The position numbers were made by a program, and so were the translations under genes. 64,000 nt of DNA from Monocercomonoides exilis PA203. Its lineage: Eukaryota; Protista; Preaxostyla. Position 1 is the first letter of the stretch. Every line of letters begins with the position of its first letter. Under the pieces are notes generated by a model, which was not told the origin of the DNA, ran no database searches, and saw only the letters and a list, made by a program, of their open reading frames with translations. Positions 12,912 through 22,851 of this stretch are shown here, piece after piece. The stretch lies in contig LSRY02000005.1 in assembly GCA_001643675.2 (NCBI GenBank), positions 1,798,001 to 1,862,000 of the forward strand, given 5' to 3'.

Positions 12912-14441
12912 TAGGGTCAACTTTATAATGGGACTTTTTTCTTTATTGGCACATTTTTTGTTTTTGCATGCCAATCATTCAAAAAAGCTAGATGGACCTC
13001 AACACTCGGATGAGTGTGTTTATAAAACAAATACATTAAATTACCGGTTTGTTTTTTAAATTTTGTTTATTTTTCGTAGAGATATTGGTGATTATTCAAG
13101 AAATCATATTTTCCCATACAAAAAATTCGTTTCAAAATTTTCTCTTGAATATGAATCAATGAACTTTGAAAAGTGAAAATACAAATTAAAAATATTTTCT
13201 TCTTCATTTCAGTTTAAACATTTGCTTTTGAAATGGTTTTCATGAAATTTATCAATAAAATACTAAATCTCAATTCAATGACAAACAACCTTTGAAAAAA
13301 CAACACTCCGAAAAAAGTTATGATTTCAAAAATAATCACCCATATAGCAATTTTTTATTCATTTTGAAGTGACTTTTTTCAGCCGAAGAAGCGTTTCACA
13401 AAATTTTGAAATACATTTTTAAAAACTACTAGCATTATCCTTTTAAAATTCAAAATCTTAACTTTACAACTTGTTTTTTCTTGATTTTTTCACATTTCAA
13501 TTTTTTCTCAACATTCGAACACAATTTTAAAAATTTCTTTGTTGTTAAAATGAAGTGTTAAAAATAAAAAATATGATATGAAAAATGCACACTCTTATGA
13601 AGAAGTGTGAAAAATGTTGAACAATGAAATTTTATATTTGCATCAAACAATTGAATGGTCACGAAATTGAATGATCTGAGATCAAACTTATTCCATTTTG
13701 ATGTGTTTGATGCAAATAGAAAATTTCATTGTTCAACATTTTTCACACTTCTTCATAAGAGTGTGCATTTTTCATATCATATTTTTTATTTTTAACACTT
13801 CATTTTAACAACAAAGAAATTTTTAAAATTGTGTTCGAATGTTGAGAAAAAATTGAAATGTGAAAAAATCAAGAAAAAACAAGTTGTAAAGTTAAGATTT
13901 TGAATTTTAAAAGGATAATGCTAGTAGTTTTTAAAAATGTATTTCAAAATTTTGTGAAACGCTTCTTCGGCTGAAAAAAGTCACTTCAAAATGAATAAAA
14001 AATTGCTATATGGGTGATTATTTTTGAAATCATAACTTTTTTCGGAGTGTTGTTTTTTCAAAGGTTGTTTGTCATTGAATTGAGATTTAGTATTTTATTG
14101 ATAAATTTCATGAAAACCATTTCAAAAGCAAATGTTTAAACTGAAATGAAGAAGAAAATATTTTTAATTTGTATTTTCACTTTTCAAAGTTCATTGATTC
14201 ATATTCAAGAGAAAATTTTGAAACGAATTTTTTGTATGGGAAAATATGATTTCTTGAATAATCACCAATATCTCTACGAAAAATAAACAAAATTTAAAAA
14301 ACAAACCGGTAATTTAATGTATTTGTTTTATAAACACACTCATCCGAGTGTTGAGGTCCATCTAGCTTTTTTGAATGATTGGCATGCAAAAACAAAAAAT
14401 GTGCCAATAAAGAAAAAAGTCCCATTATAAAGTTGACCCTA
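12912..14441. mobile_element. Foldback-type palindromic element: 738-bp inverted arms, 54-bp spacer, TA at both ends
   Basis: 12912-13649 is the reverse complement of 13704-14441 (coordinate sums are 27353 at both outer and inner ends). Termini TA|GGGTCAAC...GTTGACCC|TA. One mismatch seen near the inner end. No coding capacity. Confidence 0.85.
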
Positions 14442-15132
14442 TCACATTTCACTCAAATTAACTTTCTTCAAAAAAAAACACTTCATCAAAACCCAACGCT
14501 ATATATCTCTAAATATCTTGCACTTTGTCTTTTTCACTTTCCTATCATATTCTTTCTCCACCATTTAGACCTGTGCGACAAGTGGCAAATTTTGTCAGTA
14601 ACTGACACAGGTGACCGACAGGACAATTTTTACTGATTACAACAATTATTTTTTTATTTATTTCATTTTTTAAGAGTATTTTTTCGAATTGAAAAAAAAA
14701 TGTGCTAACAATTTTTTTTTCAAATTATTGATGGAATGTTTCATGTTTTAACAAAATTTAAAAATTTTGTTGGAACATGGCAGGAAATATTTATTTCAAC
14801 AAAATGAAAGAAAGAAAGAAAACAGAAATAGAAGAAAAGAAATCAATAGTATTTTTTTTTATTCTTTGTTAAAAATGATAAAAAATATTTGATAAAGAAA
14901 TATAAAATATTTATTCCAATATTTTAGAAAAATCAATTAATCAAATTTTCCAAAATATATTTTTCGCTGACAAGATCTGTGAGAAATGGAATTTAATATG
15001 CCACTGGATGTCACTTCTGTCACTGACATTCCGTTTAGTCAATGAAATAAACATATTTGAAAAAGAAACACAATAACAAAATAATTTGTCGAGCAAATGA
15101 AATGTTTGAGATTTCATTCGCGGAGAAAAATC

Positions 15133-15195
15133 TATCTACAACACCTCTTTATTAAGGGAGTGAGCTCTGCATTATGGGCTCAGCCGGTCACAAAA
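15133..15195. repeat. DIRS 3' inverted terminal repeat core (63 bp)
   Basis: Reverse complement of 19834-19896 with one mismatch. Confidence 0.92.
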
Positions 15196-15669
15196 GTGAT
15201 GTGTTCAAATGGATGAAGTGTTAAAATAACATTACAATAAATATATTCTGTGCCTAATGGCATACTGAGGCGTTGCAGGGATTGGCAATTGTCTTTGGCT
15301 CGGCTTGGGACGTAGTTTTGGCCTTTTGTAAATGGCGCTCGATTTAGGCATCGGCAATAGCACACGGCTATCAGCATAGGCTCTTTGTATTGGCTAGCTG
15401 TTTACGTTCTTGGTATTCCTTTGGTGTGGCTTTATCTTTGGCTTGTTCTGTTGATTTTATCAGTGATATCTGTGTTATTTTGACTCAATTTATTTTATCG
15501 TCTTTCTTTCTCCTTGAATATCTCTTCCATTATTCCAGGTTGTGAATTATTATTTAAAGGTCTTGGCTTGGGAAAAAACGGGAATGATTGGGCCACGTAG
15601 TTCGGTGGAACATAATTTATTTAAAACACGAAGTGTGAAGCGGAGGGAGGAGCTATGCTCTGGGAGGGA

Positions 15670-15771
15670 AAAGAGGTGTTGTAGATAGATTTTTCTCCGC
15701 GAATTAAAGTACAAAGTACCTTAATTCTAGAGAAAAACCGTTATCTACAACACCTCTTTATTAAGGGAGTG
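15670..15771. repeat. DIRS internal complementary region (ICR)
   Basis: 15670-15704 is the reverse complement of 15116-15150; 15702-15771 is the reverse complement of 19867-19936; the two halves overlap at AAT. Confidence 0.92.
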
Positions 15772-18700
15772 TTCATAGTTGGGCAAATCTTTGCATTTAC
15801 ATATTTCAGTGCGTATATCAGTCCTATCTGTCTCTGGTTCTCCTCTGGTAATATCTGGTCCATTCCTCTTTGCAGTATTATTGTCCTCTGGCTCTTCAAC
15901 ACTCGTTGGAAGTATTATCGCTTGATTAGGCTGTGTCGCTGCAAAAGTTTGCTGCGATGGAAGATCTGGGGAAGGCGCTTGTGTCGAAAATGGTTCGGCT
16001 GTTGAATCCGCGTGATTAAGTGGTTGAAGCGGAGGAAGACCAAACATTATGGTTGTTGTTTGCTGAGTGGCACAGAAGGGAATGCCCTCTATCTGTTTTG
16101 AAATGCGGCTCTTCTCAACAACTGCGCTTTCATCTTGTTGGGAGCTATCTTCCTCTGAGGCAAGGAGTGCGCGGGCCATCCGGTTTGCCAGGTTCGCTTT
16201 GTAGTATGATCTGGATGGAGTGTGAGCAGTTGTTGATAGGCGTGCGTGTTTGGCGATGCACACCTCCGGGATACCACTTGATGCCAGCTTGGATATCGAT
16301 GCGTGCTTAATCGTGTATGGCCTGTATTCATCAGGAACTCCTGCTTTCCGCAAACCTATTTTAGCAAGCGTTCTTATCCCCTTTGCAGTTAACGGTGTAT
16401 GGTGCGTTGTATTAAGAAGGAACGTATCTCTATTTTCATACGTTGCTTTGACTCTCTCCCAAAGGGTGTGAATAGCTCTTGCAGGACATATTCGTTTGTG
16501 AACCTCCTCCAGGCATGGAACAGTAATGTATTCCCTGGATCTGGAAGTCTTAAGTCTTGTGGATAGATAAATCGCATCATTTTCGAATATTGAGTTAGCC
16601 ATTGATATCTGCTCAAGCTCATGGAATCGACATGAAGTGAACAGCATAACCAGCAAAATGCACTTCACAGTCAGGTCAAAAAAAGAAAGATACTCGTTCA
16701 GCCCGTAGTTCTCGTAATAAGATAGCACGATGTCGGGGCTCCACATCTTTGTGTACGGCTTTCGATGGGTTTGGGAAAATGAAAACGATCTGAATATTGT
16801 GCTTATTAAACTAACTTTACTCAAGTCCTTACCATATACCGTCTTGGAGAAGAGTGAAATCGCTGACCGTGTAGCACACAGGCATGAATATTTACCACCT
16901 TTGTCTCTCATGGATAGTAGACAATTTGCACAATCCATTGACCATTCATCGAAATATTTCGGGAACGGCCCCAGTTTCAACTCTTCCCATTCCCTGCTGA
17001 AGTGCGCAAAGCCAAAGGTGTATTGATTCCATGTGGACTTTGCTATGCTCTCCTTCGTAACGGAAATGATCCTGTCAGGGACTCCGCAGATCCTGAGGCT
17101 TTTCCACCACCATTCTTCTCCAACTTCTCTTACCAATTGATTGTTACTGCCATGTATCCCCCGGGAGGCAGTGCTGCACCCGTTCTCCTCAGGCCTGCTC
17201 CCGGGATTAAAACCGCTTTCGAGTTCCTCCAAACGTAATATTGAGACATCATCTCTTCCAGTAAGTTGCTCCATATCTGATTCCTCCATGCCGGAAGAAG
17301 GATGATTGCTCTCGCTCTCTCTGCTTTTGCTTTCTTGAGACTCGGAAGAATCAACGGAATTGGAGGGTGAATGAGCATTGTGTTCCTTGTCCAATCTGCC
17401 GTGAGACCATCTTGAGCGAACGGACTTCCTGGACCATACCATATCTCCTTCCTCTTGTTTCCTTCGTTTGCGAAACCGTCTATCTCTGCTATCACTCCGA
17501 GAGCCCTCTCCGCTTCCTTCAGACGTTGACTCCTTATCATATAATCTCCTGCGACCTCCAACCTGGACAATGCGTCTGCAGTTGTGTTTTTCTCCCCTGG
17601 AATGTGGATTGCTGTCATCGTCAATTTCATCGACTGACATGTGGCCTTGATCTTTCTCAATAACGGCAGGAGGTTGGGTCCCGCACCCCACCTGTTGATG
17701 TTGAACACTACACTGGTGTTGTCGGAACGGAGAAGGATCTTGCACACATGGTTGTGAGTGATTTGTGATGAAAAATTGTTGAGAGCCAATAAAACTGCAA
17801 GGAGCTCCTTGAAATTGGATGTTTGGAGCCTTGTGATGTTGCTGAACTGTTTGTGAAAGTGAAATCTCTCTCCTCCAACTGCCAAGGTTGCTCCGCAAGC
17901 CCAAGGGGAAGCATCTGTCGTTAATATGGCGTCGGGCTTCGAGAAGTCCACCAGTTCTCTGATGTAATTCTCCTTGAGCCTTTGAATCCAGAAGTCCAAT
18001 TGTCTTTTTATGCTGCTGTTCAAGAAAAACGCTCCTTCCCAACCATCTTTCTTGACCTGCTTGTTCAGTAAATGGTACATTTTGTTCATGTATAAAGAGG
18101 CGTCTTTGTACACGAACCGTGCGGCGCTGAGCTGACCTATGAATGAAGCGAAGTCTCTCGTCTTTGCAAAGCTGCTCTTCCTCACCCTCTTCATCCATTT
18201 GATACACTCTTTCCTCAGTTCCCTGCGTCTCTGTTGTTCCATTGAGACAACCATCCGGCTCGTATTCCACGTCCATCCGAGATAGTTGAAGTTCTTCTTG
18301 GGGAAGAACTCGCTCTTCTCCCTGTTGATGATTAAGCCCAATTGTTGAAACCACTCGACAATTTCTTGAGTTGCTGTCTTCAGCTTGACTTGATCTGGAT
18401 CCAGCAATAGGACATCGTCCAAGTAGGAAATGCACCTGACCTTCCATCTTCTTCGGATTTCTTGCGAAACTTTTCTCATAACTTTCGTGAAAATTCTCGG
18501 TGCGTCTTTGAATCCGAAGGGCATGCCTTTGAACCCGTAGAATCTCTCTTCGAACTTGAAGGCTAGGAATGGGGTGAAGTCCTTGTGAACTGGGATCAGG
18601 AAATAAGCCTGAGATAGATCTAGTGAGGTTGCGAAATCTCCCTTTTGGATCAGTCTCTCCACAGTGCGATGGTCTTCCATTTTGAAATGAATATCTTTCA

Positions 18701-19149
18701 GTGCGGAATTGAGTGCACGGCAATCGAGGATTTGACGGAACTTCCCTGTCTTTTTCTTTATGAAAAATATGTTGTTCAAGCAACAGACCTCTCCTTCTTG
18801 TAACTGTGTTAAGATATCTGTCCTGAGTCCTTCTTGAATCCATTCTGAACAAGCCTCTTTCTCCTCTGTGCCACCCAGGAAGCCTCTGCCTTTCGTCTTT
18901 TCCTGTTTCAACCTGTCCCTTGCTGCTCTCCCCTTCCAAATCGGTCTTATCCCGTCTTTTATCCAATTGGTCACTCCGATCTTCTTCCATTCCTCGGCAA
19001 AGGCTTGGGTCCGGCCCCCTACTTTCTCCGAAAAAAATTGCTTCTCGATGCTGCACGTGTTGATCTTCCAGTTCCCGAGCTTGTAGATCTTGATTTCCAT
19101 GAACCAATTCTCCTTGTTCTTTGTGACAAGTGTGAAGCAGAGCTTTCAT
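15745..19149 (-). CDS. DIRS tyrosine recombinase ORF (C-terminal YR domain; N-terminal ~650 codons overlap the RT ORF)
   Basis: LVMLFTSCRFHEL (Arg), LKTS (Lys), ICPARAI, YTIKHAS..L..SG, SYY (Tyr nucleophile); the stop codon lies inside the ICR. Confidence 0.88.
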   Translation of the reverse strand: MKALLHTCHKEQGELVHGNQDLQARELEDQHVQHREAIFFGESRGPDPSLCRGMEEDRSDQLDKRRDKTDLEGESSKGQVETGKDERQRLPGWHRGERGLFRMDSRRTQDRYLNTVTRRRGLLLEQHIFHKEKDREVPSNPRLPCTQFRTERYSFQNGRPSHCGETDPKGRFRNLTRSISGLFPDPSSQGLHPIPSLQVRREILRVQRHALRIQRRTENFHESYEKSFARNPKKMEGQVHFLLGRCPIAGSRSSQAEDSNSRNCRVVSTIGLNHQQGEERVLPQEELQLSRMDVEYEPDGCLNGTTETQGTEERVYQMDEEGEEEQLCKDERLRFIHRSAQRRTVRVQRRLFIHEQNVPFTEQAGQERWLGRSVFLEQQHKKTIGLLDSKAQGELHQRTGGLLEARRHINDRCFPLGLRSNLGSWRREISLSQTVQQHHKAPNIQFQGAPCSFIGSQQFFITNHSQPCVQDPSPFRQHQCSVQHQQVGCGTQPPAVIEKDQGHMSVDEIDDDSNPHSRGEKHNCRRIVQVGGRRRLYDKESTSEGSGEGSRSDSRDRRFRKRRKQEEGDMVWSRKSVRSRWSHGRLDKEHNAHSPSNSVDSSESQESKSRESESNHPSSGMEESDMEQLTGRDDVSILRLEELESGFNPGSRPEENGCSTASRGIHGSNNQLVREVGEEWWWKSLRICGVPDRIISVTKESIAKSTWNQYTFGFAHFSREWEELKLGPFPKYFDEWSMDCANCLLSMRDKGGKYSCLCATRSAISLFSKTVYGKDLSKVSLISTIFRSFSFSQTHRKPYTKMWSPDIVLSYYENYGLNEYLSFFDLTVKCILLVMLFTSCRFHELEQISMANSIFENDAIYLSTRLKTSRSREYITVPCLEEVHKRICPARAIHTLWERVKATYENRDTFLLNTTHHTPLTAKGIRTLAKIGLRKAGVPDEYRPYTIKHASISKLASSGIPEVCIAKHARLSTTAHTPSRSYYKANLANRMARALLASEEDSSQQDESAVVEKSRISKQIEGIPFCATQQTTTIMFGLPPLQPLNHADSTAEPFSTQAPSPDLPSQQTFAATQPNQAIILPTSVEEPEDNNTAKRNGPDITRGEPETDRTDIRTEICKCKDLPNYEHSLNKEVL
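17130..19100 (-). CDS. DIRS reverse transcriptase - RNase H - methyltransferase-like polyprotein
   Basis: RT: RQILDCRALN, LDLSQAYF, MPFG, YLDD. RNase H: TTDAS.W.CG, KELLA, RSDN, HIPGEKNTTADALSR. MT-like: IDGFA..N...QDGL..DW...HPPIPLI. Confidence 0.95.
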   Translation of the reverse strand: MEIKIYKLGNWKINTCSIEKQFFSEKVGGRTQAFAEEWKKIGVTNWIKDGIRPIWKGRAARDRLKQEKTKGRGFLGGTEEKEACSEWIQEGLRTDILTQLQEGEVCCLNNIFFIKKKTGKFRQILDCRALNSALKDIHFKMEDHRTVERLIQKGDFATSLDLSQAYFLIPVHKDFTPFLAFKFEERFYGFKGMPFGFKDAPRIFTKVMRKVSQEIRRRWKVRCISYLDDVLLLDPDQVKLKTATQEIVEWFQQLGLIINREKSEFFPKKNFNYLGWTWNTSRMVVSMEQQRRRELRKECIKWMKRVRKSSFAKTRDFASFIGQLSAARFVYKDASLYMNKMYHLLNKQVKKDGWEGAFFLNSSIKRQLDFWIQRLKENYIRELVDFSKPDAILTTDASPWACGATLAVGGERFHFHKQFSNITRLQTSNFKELLAVLLALNNFSSQITHNHVCKILLRSDNTSVVFNINRWGAGPNLLPLLRKIKATCQSMKLTMTAIHIPGEKNTTADALSRLEVAGDYMIRSQRLKEAERALGVIAEIDGFANEGNKRKEIWYGPGSPFAQDGLTADWTRNTMLIHPPIPLILPSLKKAKAERARAIILLPAWRNQIWSNLLEEMMSQYYVWRNSKAVLIPGAGLRRTGAALPPGGYMAVTINW

Positions 19150-19855
19150 GTCTCCGCTCTGTTCTGGCCTGCAAAATTGGCTTTATCCTCTCCAGCTGCT
19201 CTGTGGTCAATAACGGATCATCCTTTTCTTCTTGAAGTGTTTTGGCGGCCTTGAAACCGAATTTGGCTTGGATGCGCATGTGGCGAGCCGCTTGGAGAGC
19301 TGCGACTGTAAGCATCATTGCATCTTCCTGGTGTTGTTGTGCTTCTTCTGTTGTCCCTCGTGTTGCCATTAACATCGCTTTCAAAGCGGGCATTAATAAA
19401 GATTCCACATTATACGCTCCTTCGTCTAAAGCATCGGAAAGCCAACTTTGCGATCGCGAATGTGGATGGGTCGTAGCAGGCAGGAACGGGGGGACCGATA
19501 AGGATTCGCAATCTCGTAATGTCTGGAGTAGATCTGCTTGATCGACACGATAAGCAAATATTGTACTCTGCAAGTTTTCTCCAAAGTATAATTTAGCTGC
19601 CTCTAATAGAGGTTGTGTTGGGGAATGAGGCAAGCCAACTGAACTAGTTGATGTTGAGGTTGTCGAGGTTGTTGAGGACATAGCTGACATGGCTGGGAAT
19701 TGGGATCCTGGGGCATCTGTAGTTGGAATGGAGATGGGAGGCGCCATTCCCATACCGCCTGTAGGTCCGCTTTGCGGGAATATCCCGCTCAGTCCCGACG
19801 CAGGTCCTTCCAACAAAGTTGTCATCTTTCGAATTTTGTGATCGGCTGAGCCCAT
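19019..19855 (-). CDS. DIRS gag-like ORF1
   Basis: First ORF of the element, ATG inside the 5' ITR, basic C-terminus; positional assignment only. Confidence 0.7.
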   Translation of the reverse strand: MGSADHKIRKMTTLLEGPASGLSGIFPQSGPTGGMGMAPPISIPTTDAPGSQFPAMSAMSSTTSTTSTSTSSVGLPHSPTQPLLEAAKLYFGENLQSTIFAYRVDQADLLQTLRDCESLSVPPFLPATTHPHSRSQSWLSDALDEGAYNVESLLMPALKAMLMATRGTTEEAQQHQEDAMMLTVAALQAARHMRIQAKFGFKAAKTLQEEKDDPLLTTEQLERIKPILQARTERRHESSASHLSQRTRRIGSWKSRSTSSGTGRSTRAASRSNFFRRK

Positions 19856-19896
19856 AATGCAGAGCTCACTCCCTTAATAAAGAGGTGTTGTAGATA
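19834..19896. repeat. DIRS 5' inverted terminal repeat core (63 bp)
   Basis: Reverse complement of 15133-15195. Confidence 0.92.
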
Positions 19897-21099
19897 ACGG
19901 TTTTTCTCTAGAATTAAGGTACTTTGTACTTTAATTTTTCCATCAATTGCAACCATAACTTTTCATTTGATATCTTGTTGTCCTTCTTTTTATAAGAAAA
20001 AAGCAAATACATATTCAAAAAATATGTGAAGAATGCACGTGGGAAAACATTTTCTTTTTACGATTGTTTGAAGATGGATATGTTTGTTAATTTCATTATT
20101 TCATTATTCTTGTTTGTTCGAGTCATTTTCCAATTTTATTCATGAGATGTGATTTTGTCCCTTGAAAATGCATTTCACACTTTATTATTAAAACAAAACT
20201 TTCAAAGTTTTTGAATGTTCGTTCCGGATCTTTTACGAAATAAAGGATGAAATTACAATTTTTTTATGGAAGTGACAAGCAATATGAATGACTTTATGGA
20301 GCTTTTGAACTAGTGATGAAGAAAAAAGTGTGTGCAGCTACTTGAACCAATGAACTATTCTTTTTTGTTCATATGCAACAAGCTGGCCATGCTCATCATA
20401 TCGTTTGAACAGCAATTGCTGAATTTCTATCATTAAAATGCGGGTCAATAAATGAAATAAATGAAATAATGATCATTCTTTATTCTTCAGGAACATGCTG
20501 AGTTTTTTTTTTAACGATCACTGACAAACTGATATATTTTACAGAACATTCATTCCTCTAATCAAAATTCTTCACTCACGTTCCATGGTTCATGTCAGCT
20601 TCGATATTTTCATCCTATTTTGGATCATCTTCGAAACAATATTTCTTTCTCAACACTCTTTATTCTATTTCAATGAGAAAATACGAAGACTCTATGAAAA
20701 TAGAGGGAAACGCTTGAAGAAAAAATTACAATTGAAAAGAACAGAGAAAAAACTGCAGAATAGTAAGAAATATTAATCGAAGAAGATGAAAGACAGCTTG
20801 AGATGATGAGAAAAAGATGATGAATGAAACGTGTTTTTTTTTCCCGGAAGATTGAATCAATATGTTTCTTTTCGAAGTTTTCAGAAGAAGCAAAGAGAAT
20901 TGTGGAATGTTATCCGAAGCACTTTTTTTATTATAAATGAAATTAGATTTCACTTCATTTTTTTGAGAAATAATAATAAATAAGAAAGCATACTCAAACC
21001 CTCAAGCGCATGTTTTCAATTTTGTGAAATGAACAAGAAGAAAGAAATTTTTGAGTCACAAACAAAATAAAAATATTTTTGTTAATTATTCACAAAATA

Positions 21100-22491
21100 T
21101 TCAGAGACATCTCATAATAAATTATCGAAATATTTTCCGCTTTGATAATAAAATATTCCTTGTCATCTTATATAAAAGTGGTAGAATTTTTCTTCTTCCA
21201 TTTATTCAAACATGTACGATTTTTGTTGACTTTCTTTCCCCTTTGTCCTTTTCATTTTCTTTTTTTTTCTTTTTATTGCCTTATATGTTCGTAGAAAAAG
21301 GAAAGAATTCTGATATCATTCTTTATTTCAATTTTTGCTGCTGAATCTCCAACAAAATGACATTTATAGTTCCCTTTTTCAACAAGCCATCAATTTTCAA
21401 AGCTCTGTAATATACTGCTATTTCAAAAAAAATTAATATTTATCTCACCTATTTTCTTTGCGATTGTCCTTTGCTTGTCGGAATACTCTTTCAACGCTGT
21501 CAATAAGCCTGATAATTTTTTCATCAATCAATTTTCTACAAAATAAGAAAAACTTTCTTTCGCTCAACCATCTCCATATTGCATTCACTTCTTTCCATTC
21601 TTTTTCTCCTTTTCCCTCAAGCCTTCTCTTCCAATCCACACACTTCTCCAGCTCTTCCAATTCTCTCACTGCCTTCTGCACAAAATGCAGCTCATCAACA
21701 ATCACTCCCACCAAGCTGCTGTCATTGAATAATCTCCTGATAAAAAACTGCCAAGCTGACTAATTAGCAAGTTGAGTGATGTTGCGATGTACCTGATGAT
21801 GGAGGATGATTTCTTTAATTTCATTCAGATACAATTCTTTTTCGACCTACAAAGATTAGAAAAAGATGGGGTGGAAAAAAATACATCAAAAAGGAAATTG
21901 AAGTGCTCATACGTAAATCATGCCAGCGCAACTCAAAGCCAGCAAAACGATTTCCACTTCTTTTTGTCCCTCTTCGCTTTCATCTTTATTCAGTGCAACT
22001 TACAAATGGCAAGACACGCAAATTGAAAGAAATTCCTGAGAAATCCACTTGTTCAATAAAATATAGCATTCACAAAGATCAACCCAAAGCTTTTCATTCT
22101 TCTCTACTTTTTTCTTATCTTCTTCTATAATCATCTTCATAATTCTTTTGCTCAACTGTGAATGATAAAAGCTCCAAATCTGAATGCTCTTCATTTTTTT
22201 GCAATATCCAATGCGCTTCAGCAACAACAATGCATTTTCCATTGACATTTTCTCTTCTTCAATCATTTCGCAAATTTTGTCGAACAGCTTTGTCGATAAA
22301 ACAGAATTGAGTTCTTCTCTGTCCATGTCATCCATTGCTTCAATCATTTCTTTAATTTTCAGTTTCTGTTCATCTTCAACGCAATTTTCCAGTTCATCAT
22401 GCAATTCTTCAAAAAAAATAAAGAAAGAAATACAAAAATCAAGAATTCAATAGCGACAATGAATGCAAACCATTTTATTTTAATTTGGCAT
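21100..22491 (-). pseudogene. Pseudogene of a helical (ARM-like) host gene family, paralog of 23315-24718, lying inside the hAT-like element
   Basis: Colinear with the + strand paralog (EKNEKLWVDLCECYILLN vs EKNEKLLADLCECYISLN; SAWQFF vs SAWKFL). In-frame TAA at 22000-22002, TAG at 21760-21762 and further 3' disruptions. Introns retained at equivalent positions. 3' boundary approximate. Confidence 0.85.
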
Positions 22492-22815
22492 ATATCTTTT
22501 GCATTTTCATCATTGGTTTCATTCAGGAAACGATAAAATTTCTTCGTAAATATTGTATTTGAACATGTTTGGATTTAATGAATTGAAGTGAAATCGAATC
22601 AAAAATTGTGTTTAACAACGTGAGTGTGAGTGCTATTCATAAAAGGATAAATATGAGTAACAATGCATTTTATTAGAAAATAATGTTTAATGAATCCATT
22701 TATGTTATAATGGATTAAATGATCAAATGATTGAAATAATATTCAAAAAATTTAAATAAACTTGATAAAATTATTTCATGTAACAAAAGCGATTTCATAT
22801 CTCAAAATTTGAATG

Positions 22816-22851
<36 letters not shown>

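Larger units (their letters stand above)
15116..19936 (-). mobile_element. DIRS1-type tyrosine-recombinase retrotransposon, apparently intact
   Basis: Inverted terminal repeats, internal complementary region, gag-like, RT-RNaseH-MT and YR ORFs; ATT trinucleotide at both boundaries (15116-15118, 19934-19936). Confidence 0.95.

Noticed and set aside
15116-15771. Recurring tatctacaacacctcttt motif as a CRISPR-like or tandem array
   Set aside because: The copies occur in both orientations and are fully explained by the DIRS ITR/ICR structure.
21760-22002. In-frame TAG at a Gln position and an in-frame TAA, hinting at the TAR=Gln code known from some oxymonads
   Set aside because: The TAA aligns with Lys in the paralog, the copy has other disruptions, long ORFs contain no internal TAR, and intact genes here end in TAA or TAG. 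Ordinary pseudogene decay explains it.
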